Shown here piece by piece: positions 1 through 9,784 of a DNA stretch of 64,000 bases (position 1 is the stretch's first letter; every line of letters starts with the position of its first letter). The translations under genes were made by a program, and so were the position numbers. This DNA is from a virus. The notes under the pieces were generated by a model. The model was not told where the DNA came from. It made no database searches and saw nothing but the letters and a program-made list of their open reading frames with translations. Location: positions 64,001 to 128,000 of the IMG/VR virus record IMGVR_UViG_3300027863_000020, one strand, 5' to 3'.

Positions 1-1
1 T

Positions 2-1354
2 TTGAAATCGTTGGTGATCGAAGACTTTATCAAAGAGCCGTTGGTTTTCCCCATTGGGTACGAGGGGATTAGTCGGTCTGAAGTTCTGTACGAGCTTCCG
101 CTATTCCGAAAAGAACGAGTTTCCCCGTATCACAGATATGAGTTCGTGGTTGTCAATGAGAAGGTTCTAATCGACAACGACACACGATTGCCCGATTTCA
201 ACTGGTTCCGTGATTGTGACATCCATTTCACAGGAACTACTCCAATGTTCATTCCATATAGGTTCGTCAATTGCGCCCTATATGGCAAACATTCGGACAA
301 GAATATCAAGCCATTCTCATCTTCTCTCTATTTCCATTTGCAGACTGTTATTGGTGGTGGTAGTCGAGCCGATGGTGCGTTTCTGAAGAACTGTACCGTG
401 AACGACATTCGTTTCAAGATGACCAATTTTGAAGGCTCTGCTTATACCGTACCCATCGAAGGCGGTGCTCTCAACAAATGTACTTTCGAGGTGACTACAA
501 AGAACATCGGTACAGGAACCGTCACTACGAAGCAAGTTGGTCATGCAATTGCTCTCAAGAATGTATCTATTTCCAAAACTGAATTTGGCTCGATTGATGT
601 CTTTGCCGAAAATTGCGAAGGTATCATTTCCGCAACCAGACCTACCAAATTACAGGGTGTTGGTAATTCGGTCATCGTCAATAACACGAATGGAACGAAT
701 CCCCCTAGCGTTTTCGTTGGGGATGAATGTACTTCGTTGCAAGTTGTCAATTTGACTAAATCGGAAATGAATGTGATGTTCCAGAACAGGGACTATGCGA
801 AAGACCGATTCGCTATGTTTACCAACCTGTATGTCAATGGAAACATTCGTCTTTCCGCACAAATGACTACATTCGCAACCACGATGCGGGAACAGTTCGA
901 TAGGAGTGGACACAAACAATCCAATGCCCAAATCGTAGTCAATACTTCAAACACCGCTCCCGACACTATGGGGAACCACGATTGGCGACTCACCGAAGAA
1001 TACATGGGCGATTTCTTCAAAGCGAAGGAATCCTTTTCGGATAAAACACAACTGCATATTCCAGACAATTTGCTTGGAACCTTTGTCTTTTCATCGAAGC
1101 GGATAACCGTCAATGGGGACAATCTGCTTGGTCTAATCATCACCACATTGAGCAATATAAATGACCATAGCGAAATCAAGCTGAAGGACGATGTGCTCAA
1201 TCAGGTTATCCTATTGCTTCACAATGGGATGAAAAACGAAGTTCCCAAGGATATGGACTTTGGGACTGAAGAGGGGAAGCCGATTATCGAAAAGATCGTA
1301 CTTCGTGCTTTCAGATTGTACAAGATTTGTCACCTTGCAAAGAGGGTTCTGTAA
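2..1354 (+). CDS. beta-helix-like paralog family protein (5' truncated by window)
   Basis: Open from window edge; periodic F-x-N/D-C-x-I/F strands; C-terminal block LHIPDNLLGTF..ITVNGD shared with next gene. Confidence 0.7.
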   Translation: MKSLVIEDFIKEPLVFPIGYEGISRSEVLYELPLFRKERVSPYHRYEFVVVNEKVLIDNDTRLPDFNWFRDCDIHFTGTTPMFIPYRFVNCALYGKHSDKNIKPFSSSLYFHLQTVIGGGSRADGAFLKNCTVNDIRFKMTNFEGSAYTVPIEGGALNKCTFEVTTKNIGTGTVTTKQVGHAIALKNVSISKTEFGSIDVFAENCEGIISATRPTKLQGVGNSVIVNNTNGTNPPSVFVGDECTSLQVVNLTKSEMNVMFQNRDYAKDRFAMFTNLYVNGNIRLSAQMTTFATTMREQFDRSGHKQSNAQIVVNTSNTAPDTMGNHDWRLTEEYMGDFFKAKESFSDKTQLHIPDNLLGTFVFSSKRITVNGDNLLGLIITTLSNINDHSEIKLKDDVLNQVILLLHNGMKNEVPKDMDFGTEEGKPIIEKIVLRAFRLYKICHLAKRVL

Positions 1355-2883
1355 TGTCCTACTTCATTCGTATGTTTCCGTCACAGGATTCCAGTCGTAG
1401 TTCGTATGATTATTCTTTGGATGATTACAACAAGATTCTGGAATTCTCGAAGTACGACCAGACCCCCTACACTGGTAAGGATGCGGGTGGTCTTTTGAGT
1501 TTCCCATTCGATTCGCATGACAAATTCTTGCGGGATGTCGCCCATACATTCCCATCCCCGCAATTGACATTGAGCACCTATAAGGGAAAGGACGATCTCC
1601 GATTTGTTTTTTGGGACAATGCTTTCTTTATCGGTGCAAATCTTGTCGTTGAGAACGAAACGGTTTACATATCGAAGGACTGCGAACTGACCAATTCGAT
1701 CCTACTCAAGAACTGCAATGTGGTTCTGGTAGGTGGTGGTGTGATTGACCATCGGATATTCTTTGACGGATGCAAAATCCGTGGTGCGGTCAAGAAGGAT
1801 GGATACCCTACATTCACGGGTACATTGGGAATACCTATCCATGCTATGCCAAACTTCAGCACCGATGGCGGGAAATCGAATGTCCTTTTGCAGAGTTCGG
1901 TATTCATCAATTGCGAGATAACAGGTGTATCCATTGGTAGTGAATTTGATTCATACACCAATCCCGTTTTCAAATTGAAGGGATGCAAACTGGTCAAGTG
2001 TGACTTTGGATATATTGGACGAAAGAAGCATGACCATATGCGTGGGATCATTGCGGAAGATTGCTCTTTTGATAAAACGGTGATTGATGGTGTGAAGATG
2101 ATTTCGGATAATTGTGATGGAACAATCGAAATCCGTCATACCAAGCAAACTTCTCCATATCCTGTTCTCATGGTGGTCGGTAAGACCCCGAAGGTTGTCA
2201 TCGGAAAGGAAACCATGACATCGGTTCGTGTTGTGAATGCGACCGATTCGATAATTCCCTTATACATCGAAGCCCCTGAAGTGGCTTCATCCGTTCTTCG
2301 TGGAATTGCCCTCAATGGAAAGTTCGACATCGACATTGATGAAAAGAGTCGGTTCACCGTAGCACACACCAATAAATCGACTGTTTTGTGTACCATCGTA
2401 GGTCTTGCCAATAGTACCGCTCTCGAAATGGGCATCAAGAACAATAGCATCCTTTGGAACAAGTCGATTGCCCAAGTACATTCCGAATTCGACAAACGGA
2501 CAACGACCACGATAGCGGACATCACGATTCCGTCCGAGAAATTGGGTCTATTCGGTGGTTATTCCAATCCGACCGTGACCGTCAATGGAGACCCCGTTCT
2601 CATGTTCGTGACCCAGATCATCGGAGTATTGACCGTTGATGGGAAGGCCAAGACCGATTTGAAGGCAAAGGAATTGATTATCAAGTCGGTCATGGGTACG
2701 CTCAAATCTCTTGGGTATGCGGATCGAAACCATCTCCCAGAGATTCTTGATACCATCTATTCCAAGACATCGAAGATTCTCCGTCTCATGGGATTGACCG
2801 ACAGGCAACGGCTCCATTATATGAAGGAAAACAAGACCCTTCAGAAGTGGTGGTCTCACAATACCGAAAACTCTGAAAAATGA
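1354..2883 (+). CDS. beta-helix-like paralog family protein
   Basis: TAATG-coupled start; LKNCNV/FDGCKI/FINCEI/LKGCKL repeats; ITIPSEKLGLF..VTVNGD block matches upstream gene. Confidence 0.75.
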   Translation: MSYFIRMFPSQDSSRSSYDYSLDDYNKILEFSKYDQTPYTGKDAGGLLSFPFDSHDKFLRDVAHTFPSPQLTLSTYKGKDDLRFVFWDNAFFIGANLVVENETVYISKDCELTNSILLKNCNVVLVGGGVIDHRIFFDGCKIRGAVKKDGYPTFTGTLGIPIHAMPNFSTDGGKSNVLLQSSVFINCEITGVSIGSEFDSYTNPVFKLKGCKLVKCDFGYIGRKKHDHMRGIIAEDCSFDKTVIDGVKMISDNCDGTIEIRHTKQTSPYPVLMVVGKTPKVVIGKETMTSVRVVNATDSIIPLYIEAPEVASSVLRGIALNGKFDIDIDEKSRFTVAHTNKSTVLCTIVGLANSTALEMGIKNNSILWNKSIAQVHSEFDKRTTTTIADITIPSEKLGLFGGYSNPTVTVNGDPVLMFVTQIIGVLTVDGKAKTDLKAKELIIKSVMGTLKSLGYADRNHLPEILDTIYSKTSKILRLMGLTDRQRLHYMKENKTLQKWWSHNTENSEK

Positions 2884-2886
2884 TAC

Positions 2887-2941
2887 TTGACAAGATACAT
2901 TTGGCGAAGTAGATTATGTGATGTCGGGGCTATTCCCGACA
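2887..2941 (+). promoter_or_regulatory. sigma70-type promoter with ACAAGATAC box and 5' stem-loop
   Basis: TTGACA-17-TAGATT, then hairpin TGTCGGG-gctatt-CCCGACA. Confidence 0.65.
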
Positions 2942-2954
2942 ATTACACGATAGG

Positions 2955-3722
2955 TTGAATATGAATATCTTGAGTATCTTCAGTTCGGGATTCCCCGAAA
3001 AAGCAGACAAACGCCTCTTGAAGAACCTTTCCATCCGTGGAAAGGAACTTGGCACGAAACCAATCCAGTCTTGCGACATCATCGGGTGCGACTTCCGTGG
3101 TGCTTCTGCTTCCAATAAGTCGTTCACCAAATCCCATTTCCACAACTGCGACTTCCGTGGAGCCGATTTCATCAATTGTACATTCGGTGCGGTGAGCTTC
3201 GACAATTCCGACCTTCGGGGTGTCAATCTGTCTGGTTCCCTTCCAGTGGGATCGACTTGGCGGTATTCTTGGGCAAACGCTTCGGTGTTCGTTGGATGCG
3301 AGTTCACCAAGTCGGTCTTTTGCGGTGTCAATTTCCAAGGCTCCGATCTTCGTATGGCGAAATTGATTGACTGTCAATTTGCCCGTGAGAACATCACCCC
3401 CGATCTTCCCGTCACTTCGTTCGCCACTGCGAAACTGGACAATGCAAACTTCTCCAACACCAAAGCACCTATGGTCGATTTCCGTCACTGTACAGCACGG
3501 GATACCAATTTCTCGAACTGCGACCTCCGTGGTTCCGACTTCCGTGGTTCCCGCCTCATGGGTGCGTCTTTCCATAATGCGAATGTGGAAGGGTGTGATT
3601 TCCGTGGTGCGTTCCTTCATGGATGCGACTTTTCTGGTGTCAATCTGGATTCCTTCCGTTGGAATTCCGAATACTATGTGGAACGGGATGGTGTTATCCT
3701 CTCCAAGAAGGAGATGCGCTAA
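2955..3722 (+). CDS. pentapeptide repeat protein
   Basis: Many tandem A/C-D/N-F/L-R/S-G repeats (CDFRG, ADFIN, SDLRG, ANFSN). Confidence 0.92.
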   Translation: MNMNILSIFSSGFPEKADKRLLKNLSIRGKELGTKPIQSCDIIGCDFRGASASNKSFTKSHFHNCDFRGADFINCTFGAVSFDNSDLRGVNLSGSLPVGSTWRYSWANASVFVGCEFTKSVFCGVNFQGSDLRMAKLIDCQFARENITPDLPVTSFATAKLDNANFSNTKAPMVDFRHCTARDTNFSNCDLRGSDFRGSRLMGASFHNANVEGCDFRGAFLHGCDFSGVNLDSFRWNSEYYVERDGVILSKKEMR

Positions 3723-4504
3723 TGTTGAACCTCACAAAACACAGCATTGTCATGTCCACCCTGTTTTCCAGAATTCGTCCGATTTCCAAGGAAGAAATCC
3801 ACCTGATTCTGGACAAGGACGAATTCTCCAAAACCCATCTTCCACAGGTTGCCGAAGCGATCAAAGACGATGAAGACATCCCAGAGCGAATTCGGGAAAT
3901 GCTTGTCGATGCGCTTCCGAAGTATCTCAATGAAGCAAAAGACCCGAAGGTCGATCCAGTCGAAATTGACCAACTGGTTCCCATTTGCAAGAAGTGGGCG
4001 GGAAGGCACATTGGAAAAGATTTCTCCGATAGCATGGATGACTGCATGGAAGGGATTGATACATTGATTGAATGGCTCAAGTCCCGTGGATTCGAGCCTG
4101 TCAATGTTCGTTGCGACAATCCAGAGTGTCATGCGATCCATGCCATGATTCCATGCCAGATTCCGACCGATTGGGCGAACCATCCGAATGAACTCTCCGT
4201 CATCGACAAAGATGCGTTCTCCAAGGATGGATATAGCCTTGCGCTCATCGACTTGGAAGACTTGCTCTCCGTGGTATCTGGTCAATTGCGGATTTTCCTT
4301 GGGTTCTACTACGAAATGTGCAAGAGCTTCCCACAATACAAGATCGACCCCGATTCGGTCGAGTTCGGTGGTCTCCGTGTCCAGAGGGATGGGGAAGACA
4401 TGGGGCTATTGGTCGATACCAACATTCTTGCCGTCAAAGAATGGATCAATCTGCAACGGGTTCTTCATTACCGAAATGGGGATGGAGTATGGACAAAGCG
4501 TTGA
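3722..4504 (+). CDS. hypothetical protein
   Basis: TAATG-coupled 260-aa ORF. Confidence 0.7.
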   Translation: MLNLTKHSIVMSTLFSRIRPISKEEIHLILDKDEFSKTHLPQVAEAIKDDEDIPERIREMLVDALPKYLNEAKDPKVDPVEIDQLVPICKKWAGRHIGKDFSDSMDDCMEGIDTLIEWLKSRGFEPVNVRCDNPECHAIHAMIPCQIPTDWANHPNELSVIDKDAFSKDGYSLALIDLEDLLSVVSGQLRIFLGFYYEMCKSFPQYKIDPDSVEFGGLRVQRDGEDMGLLVDTNILAVKEWINLQRVLHYRNGDGVWTKR

Positions 4505-4764
4505 TTGTATCCTATGTCGTTGAAGCGACTCTCGAAGGAATACCGTGCGAGGTGTCCCTTCTTGACAAGGATGGGAACGAGGTCGGTTTTTGGGCGTATG
4601 GAGCCTTTACCGACTCTTCCGTTCTATGCCCGTGCTCCGACAATATACGCCCTTCGTTACATCCTGAAGGGCATTCCAGAGACGAAGCGAGTATAGCCCA
4701 ACTCATAACTAAAAATCTTCAATCGGGATTCAATAGAGTCCCGATTTTTCATTATCATAAATAA
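4489..4764 (+). CDS. hypothetical protein
   Basis: GGAG RBS, overlaps upstream stop. Confidence 0.55.
   Translation: MDKALIVSYVVEATLEGIPCEVSLLDKDGNEVGFWAYGAFTDSSVLCPCSDNIRPSLHPEGHSRDEASIAQLITKNLQSGFNRVPIFHYHK
4758..4763 (+). promoter_or_regulatory. T4-like late promoter core TAAATA
   Basis: CATAAATA 5 nt before ATG; same motif precedes structural genes elsewhere. Confidence 0.6.
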
Positions 4765-4768
4765 TGAT

Positions 4769-6589
4769 ATGAAACGAACTCTTCTCATTTTTGGCTACTC
4801 CCCGTCTGGTATGTTCAAGGCAGTCCGTGAGTATTTGAAGGATCAAAATGGTTGGTCTGGTGGTGACAAATACGATGGACTCAAGTACAACAACTTGACC
4901 TATGCGTTCTCCAAAGAAATCGAGGTCAATGACCAGAACACCGTTGCTATTGCGGAACAGGCCAAGATCAGCGAATGGGGTATGTATGTCGCAATTCTCA
5001 ATGAAGATGAGACACAGTGGCGACTTCTGGAATCGTCCGAATGGAAGCCTATTTCCAAATTGACGATCAATAACGCAAACAAGATTGCGAAGGAATCGGC
5101 ACGGACATCGGTTTCGTCAATCGAGTCGGACATCATGGCGGTTGCGTTTCTACGACAGAGGTATTTCACAAATACCGTCCGTGGACGGAATGGTATTCGT
5201 GACGATGCCAAGCCATACCGTGATTATCGTGGTAAGAAGGGATGGAGCGATAAGCCCCAAGAAGAAATGACTTATCGCAAATTGACACCAGACGAATCGG
5301 TCGGATTCGGTGTCGATGAAATGTTCCCGAAGAATACCTATGAGAAGATAATCGAGGAAGTTGGTAGTGGTACTCACAAGAATCGGTCGTATGCCGAAGA
5401 TGCCATCAATATCCTATTTCTGGTCAATACGAAGACTGGAAAGATGATCTGCATTCGGAAGAACCATTCTAGCTCTTATGATATTGTGGAGTCCAAGGAC
5501 ACCGCTGAATCAGTATCGTTGAAAGATGTTCGTGTCAATTTGACTGAATATGTTGTCGATGAAGTAATCACAGCAGGGTCTCAAATCATTTCCAGAGTCT
5601 TCAATCTTCCAGTTCCATTATTCGGATACTCCGATTTGCGATTTGTGAATTGCGAAGTGTTCACAAGACTAGGTGATGCCAACTTGGTCAATGTCTATTT
5701 CGATTCGTGTAAGTTCGATGTGAATAAAATCCAGTTATTCGGAACCTGTCACTTCGATAATTGCAAACTTGAGCTAGGGAAAGTCGGTTCCATAACGACA
5801 CACGGGAATCTATCATTCGATAAGTGCCTTGTCGATATAACGGCTCTCCATATCTACCTTTCCGAAAATGCCGATTTTGAAGCGAACAATTGCCAATTCA
5901 ATCGGGCGACAATCATTGCCTATTGTGAAAAGGAATTACCCGCCAAGTTCACCAATTGCAGATTTGAAAACAACTATACGATCAATTTGAGCGACAAAGC
6001 ATACTTCATGTTTACCAAGTGCCATTTGAACCCTATGGCGGTTCCTTTCAATTTTGGTCAATCGAAGGCTCAATATCCGTGCGTTCTGATTGACAGCTTC
6101 GTTGTCCATTATATCAGTGGAAAGCCCGTGCGGGTCATTGGCGATGCGAAGGGAAGCACTTATCTACTGAAGGGTCTCGATACCGATGCCGATTTCTCAC
6201 AGGCTAGGAACGCAAGCATTCGAGCACTCAATTGTACGCTTGGCGGTATCTTCATTCCACCACAGGATGCGGTGATAATCGAGGAAGTCGAGAAGTTCCT
6301 TCCATTCAAAGACAGTGAAGAAGACAAGCAACGACACATCTTCTTTTCTGGATTGAACAAATACGAAGTCACTACCTTCATGGGAACTACTATCCGAAGG
6401 GATGACAACGACAAGCCAGAGACATGGGATTGGACTGGATGGTGGGCATCATTCATTGACAAGGTGGCGAGTCCGATTGACTTGAGTTTCATAACTCCAC
6501 CGAAAGATTATGCCACCATAAAGAAGTATGCTCTGCGTTGGTTCAAGTTCCGTAAGTTGTTCAAGAACGGACACCAGAGGGTTGTATAA
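4769..6589 (+). CDS. beta-helix-like paralog family protein with extended N-terminus
   Basis: RFVNCEV/YFDSCKF/HFDNCKL/SFDKCLV/KFTNCRF repeats; basic C-terminal helix. Confidence 0.75.
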   Translation: MKRTLLIFGYSPSGMFKAVREYLKDQNGWSGGDKYDGLKYNNLTYAFSKEIEVNDQNTVAIAEQAKISEWGMYVAILNEDETQWRLLESSEWKPISKLTINNANKIAKESARTSVSSIESDIMAVAFLRQRYFTNTVRGRNGIRDDAKPYRDYRGKKGWSDKPQEEMTYRKLTPDESVGFGVDEMFPKNTYEKIIEEVGSGTHKNRSYAEDAINILFLVNTKTGKMICIRKNHSSSYDIVESKDTAESVSLKDVRVNLTEYVVDEVITAGSQIISRVFNLPVPLFGYSDLRFVNCEVFTRLGDANLVNVYFDSCKFDVNKIQLFGTCHFDNCKLELGKVGSITTHGNLSFDKCLVDITALHIYLSENADFEANNCQFNRATIIAYCEKELPAKFTNCRFENNYTINLSDKAYFMFTKCHLNPMAVPFNFGQSKAQYPCVLIDSFVVHYISGKPVRVIGDAKGSTYLLKGLDTDADFSQARNASIRALNCTLGGIFIPPQDAVIIEEVEKFLPFKDSEEDKQRHIFFSGLNKYEVTTFMGTTIRRDDNDKPETWDWTGWWASFIDKVASPIDLSFITPPKDYATIKKYALRWFKFRKLFKNGHQRVV

Positions 6590-6678
6590 TGTTGGAATTA
6601 GCCATGCTCTCAATCTTGATGCTACTAGCCCATCACAACTTCATAGTGCTTGGGCGAAAGCGATTCCGTGATAGATGA
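6589..6678 (+). CDS. small hydrophobic peptide (29 aa)
   Basis: TAATG-coupled; MLELAMLSILMLLAHHNFIVLGRKRFRDR fills the intergenic gap. Confidence 0.45.
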   Translation: MLELAMLSILMLLAHHNFIVLGRKRFRDR

Positions 6679-6693
6679 TGAATCATGGGTTCC

Positions 6694-6699
6694 TAAATA
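6694..6699 (+). promoter_or_regulatory. T4-like late promoter core TAAATA
   Basis: CCTAAATA followed by GAGG RBS and ATG 6714. Confidence 0.6.
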
Positions 6700-6713
6700 C
6701 ATTTGAGGAACCT

Positions 6714-8258
6714 ATGAAATACGATAACGACAAGAACATCCATTCGGAAGATGATTTGGCGAAGGCTTATTCCCTAGCACAAACCGAAGGTGTTTCTTCA
6801 ATTGCGGTCGGGATAGTCGAGAACCCGATGGTCATGGAAGTTGTCCGTGGCCTTTCCGCATTCAAGGGCAAGTATTCTCCAAAGAAGAATTCCGTTGGTA
6901 TCGAGATCATCGAGAATGACGGGTATTCCATCGTGTCGCTAATCAATTCAAAGGGATTGGCGATGCACGAAGAAGTCATCAAAGAATTCGTACAAATCTT
7001 TTCATTCAGAAAAGGCAATGCGTTGTGTTTTGTCGAGCAACCGATTCTGAATTTAGCGACAACTTCTGGACTAGATGGCGTTTACCTAGTCAATCAGAAA
7101 ATGGATCACAAGGTAATGGATTCCATGCGAAGGCTTTTGTTCTACAAATGTCAATTCGATTTATCCGTTAAAGGATTGGGGGCTTCAAAAGCACAAGCAA
7201 AACAGAATAGGGTAAGCGAACCGATCCAACTACTTGACAATTGCAAGCTCATCGAATGTTCCGTTGTCAATTCGAGACCGACTGATTCGTTGCAAAGGTA
7301 CGCATTGGTTCGGGTTGTTGGTTGCGATCTAGTCAATACCGACTTCGTGGGCATAGCAGTGGGGTTGTTCGACCGCAACACATTGGAACGGTGCTATTTC
7401 ACCCGATGCTATGTATTCGGTGCAGAAGACCCCAATCAACCGAAGCTCAATTTCAAATTCGAGCAGAAGTTCTCCAAGTGCAAATTTGGATTTGATAATC
7501 TAATCGCACCAACTCAAAACATATTCGACCTAGATGATTGCGAAACCTTCCACAAGCCAGTATTGAACGAGATTGGGAAAATCCGTCCGTTTGCCGAAGT
7601 GACCAGTTCCTTCGGGTTCGATGGATCACATCTTCCTAATCAAATGGTGTTCCGTGGATCGACTATGCCTATGGTGTCGCAAGACCTTTCCATGAGCGAT
7701 CATGTGTATATGTATTTCACCCTAGTCGGAAACCGAATCAATCCAACACTGGATACGAGGGCATTCATCGGAGTCGGTATTGCCAATACCAAGATGATGG
7801 TCGAACGAAAGGGTGGAACCGATCCAGTCGTATTGACTCTTTCTGGAAAGACCACTATTCCCGATTTCGATGCCCGTGAAAATGACCCAGAACTCTATAC
7901 TCCATCCGATCCGTCAATTCCGTTTCTTGAAATGAAGGGCGTTGATGTATTGGCGGTTCCTACTGGATACGACAGAGACCCCGTACTGGAAAATGGTATT
8001 GGTGTCTTCTTGGAGAAAGTTCGTGGAATCCATACCATCATCGACTTCAAGGACAGCAGAACATCGGTGTTCTATGTCTATTATCCGTTGATGCAAGCGA
8101 TCATCAAAACAAGTGGACGCAAGGTTGTCGAAAAGACTCTCAAGAAGGTGTGTGATGAAATTGAGAGAAAGCCGTCAATCGGTGAGTATCTGAAGAACGA
8201 GCCACCCGAAATAACCCGTCTTCGTAAAATGTTTGAACTTCTATCAAGAGGTCTTTAA
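6714..8258 (+). CDS. beta-helix-like paralog family protein
   Basis: LFYKCQF/LDNCKL/VVGCDL/LERCYF/FSKCKF repeats; ~514 aa. Confidence 0.75.
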   Translation: MKYDNDKNIHSEDDLAKAYSLAQTEGVSSIAVGIVENPMVMEVVRGLSAFKGKYSPKKNSVGIEIIENDGYSIVSLINSKGLAMHEEVIKEFVQIFSFRKGNALCFVEQPILNLATTSGLDGVYLVNQKMDHKVMDSMRRLLFYKCQFDLSVKGLGASKAQAKQNRVSEPIQLLDNCKLIECSVVNSRPTDSLQRYALVRVVGCDLVNTDFVGIAVGLFDRNTLERCYFTRCYVFGAEDPNQPKLNFKFEQKFSKCKFGFDNLIAPTQNIFDLDDCETFHKPVLNEIGKIRPFAEVTSSFGFDGSHLPNQMVFRGSTMPMVSQDLSMSDHVYMYFTLVGNRINPTLDTRAFIGVGIANTKMMVERKGGTDPVVLTLSGKTTIPDFDARENDPELYTPSDPSIPFLEMKGVDVLAVPTGYDRDPVLENGIGVFLEKVRGIHTIIDFKDSRTSVFYVYYPLMQAIIKTSGRKVVEKTLKKVCDEIERKPSIGEYLKNEPPEITRLRKMFELLSRGL

Positions 8259-9784
8259 TGCCCATTTTTGTAGAAATCGCTACCAAGTCCCAAGCAGGGC
8301 AAGGCGTTGTCAAGGAAGCCCTTATCGTTGGGTTGAGTTCCAATGTCACATTTACCGCACCGTCATCTCTTCGTTTCTTCAGAGTGACTTGTACTATGTC
8401 TGATGTGTATGCGGAGAAGGGAATCGTTGAAATCTTCAATGCGATTTCTACTCCCAAAGCATCAAAGTCGATACAAATGATCGAAGTTAGGACGGTAGAT
8501 ACCGCATTCAAATGGCCTTTTACTACCAATGTTCCATTTTTACATAGTAGCGCATTTTATTTCCAAGATTGTCTTGTCGAATTTGGAAGGAAGCCCGTAT
8601 TACCCGCAAAAGTGGTAATACAGGGAAGGAAGAGCGGTATTGTAGCGGACTTTACTGGTGTTGATGATTTGGGTGTCATGGAATTCCGAAATATGGGGAA
8701 TTTCGATATAACGACCAATCCACAGGTCAATGCCAAAATGATGTTCTCGAATTGTGACATTGGCACTGGACTGAAATGCGGCAAGTACGATGTGAATTAT
8801 GTTCTTCCAAAGAAGATCGGTGGAAATTACATTGAAATCCGCACGGATTCGTCAATTGGAAAACATGGCGAAGAATTATATGTCGGTGGAGCATTGCAAT
8901 TCGCAACCTAAGGATGTAAGGTTTTCGGTAAAGTCTATCCTCTATTTGGATTTATTGGTTATATGCCAAAAGGCGATGGAACCATCTATACGGGTGTTCG
9001 CAACCATGAAAAAATTGGTGGTTTTAGAAACCACAATATCTACTTGGGAGCCAATACGCATTTTTCCGAAATGGCAACATTGGGAATTCCACACTCCGAT
9101 AAGTTGAAAAGTGCCATTCATGCGAAGAACCGACAGCCATTGAATCAGAACTTCAACGACCAAACGCCCGTATTGTCTTTCATTGACGAGCGAAAAGAGA
9201 AGGATCGTGTTTTCCTCAAGATTGACGCTCAATCGGATTTCATATTCGATACGAAAGACCCTATTTCGTCACTACTCCATACCGAAATCGAACTTACCGT
9301 CATGGGTGCGAGACAGGGAATCGTTGATTATTTGCTCATTCATGGAAACGATCTTCCAAATCCACGGACTAATACAGCAAAGCCACAACTCATTATGTCT
9401 GGTGATGACCTCATTCCGAACTATACTGGAAGAGCGTACAAGTCCTACATGGATATGATGGATGAGCACTACAAAGCCCAATTCTCGACAGTCGATCCAC
9501 AGAACATCGAAAACCTGTTCAAGATGAATTCCGACATTATCTGTACCTACATGGACGGGACTACAAGCGAATACCTGTATTACAGAACCAAGTTGCTCAA
9601 TATCATTCTCAAGCCCAATATCCCGAACATCCCGTGGTGGAAACGACATTCGTTGTGGAAGAACCTCAACGAAATTACCAAGTCCATATTTGACACAAAG
9701 CGGGAAAGCATCCATATTGTAGAACAGAACACGGTCAAGTACGACCGTATCGTCCATTTCTTGAGGCTTTGTGGAATCAAATGA
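8258..9784 (+). pseudogene. beta-helix-like paralog interrupted by one in-frame TAA (8909-8911)
   Basis: ORFs 8258-8911 and 8963-9784 are in one frame, joined by 17 sense codons; fused length ~508 aa matches siblings. Confidence 0.7.

Noticed and set aside
3085-3612. Recurring GACTTCCGTGG DNA repeats
   Set aside because: They simply encode the DFRG pentapeptide units
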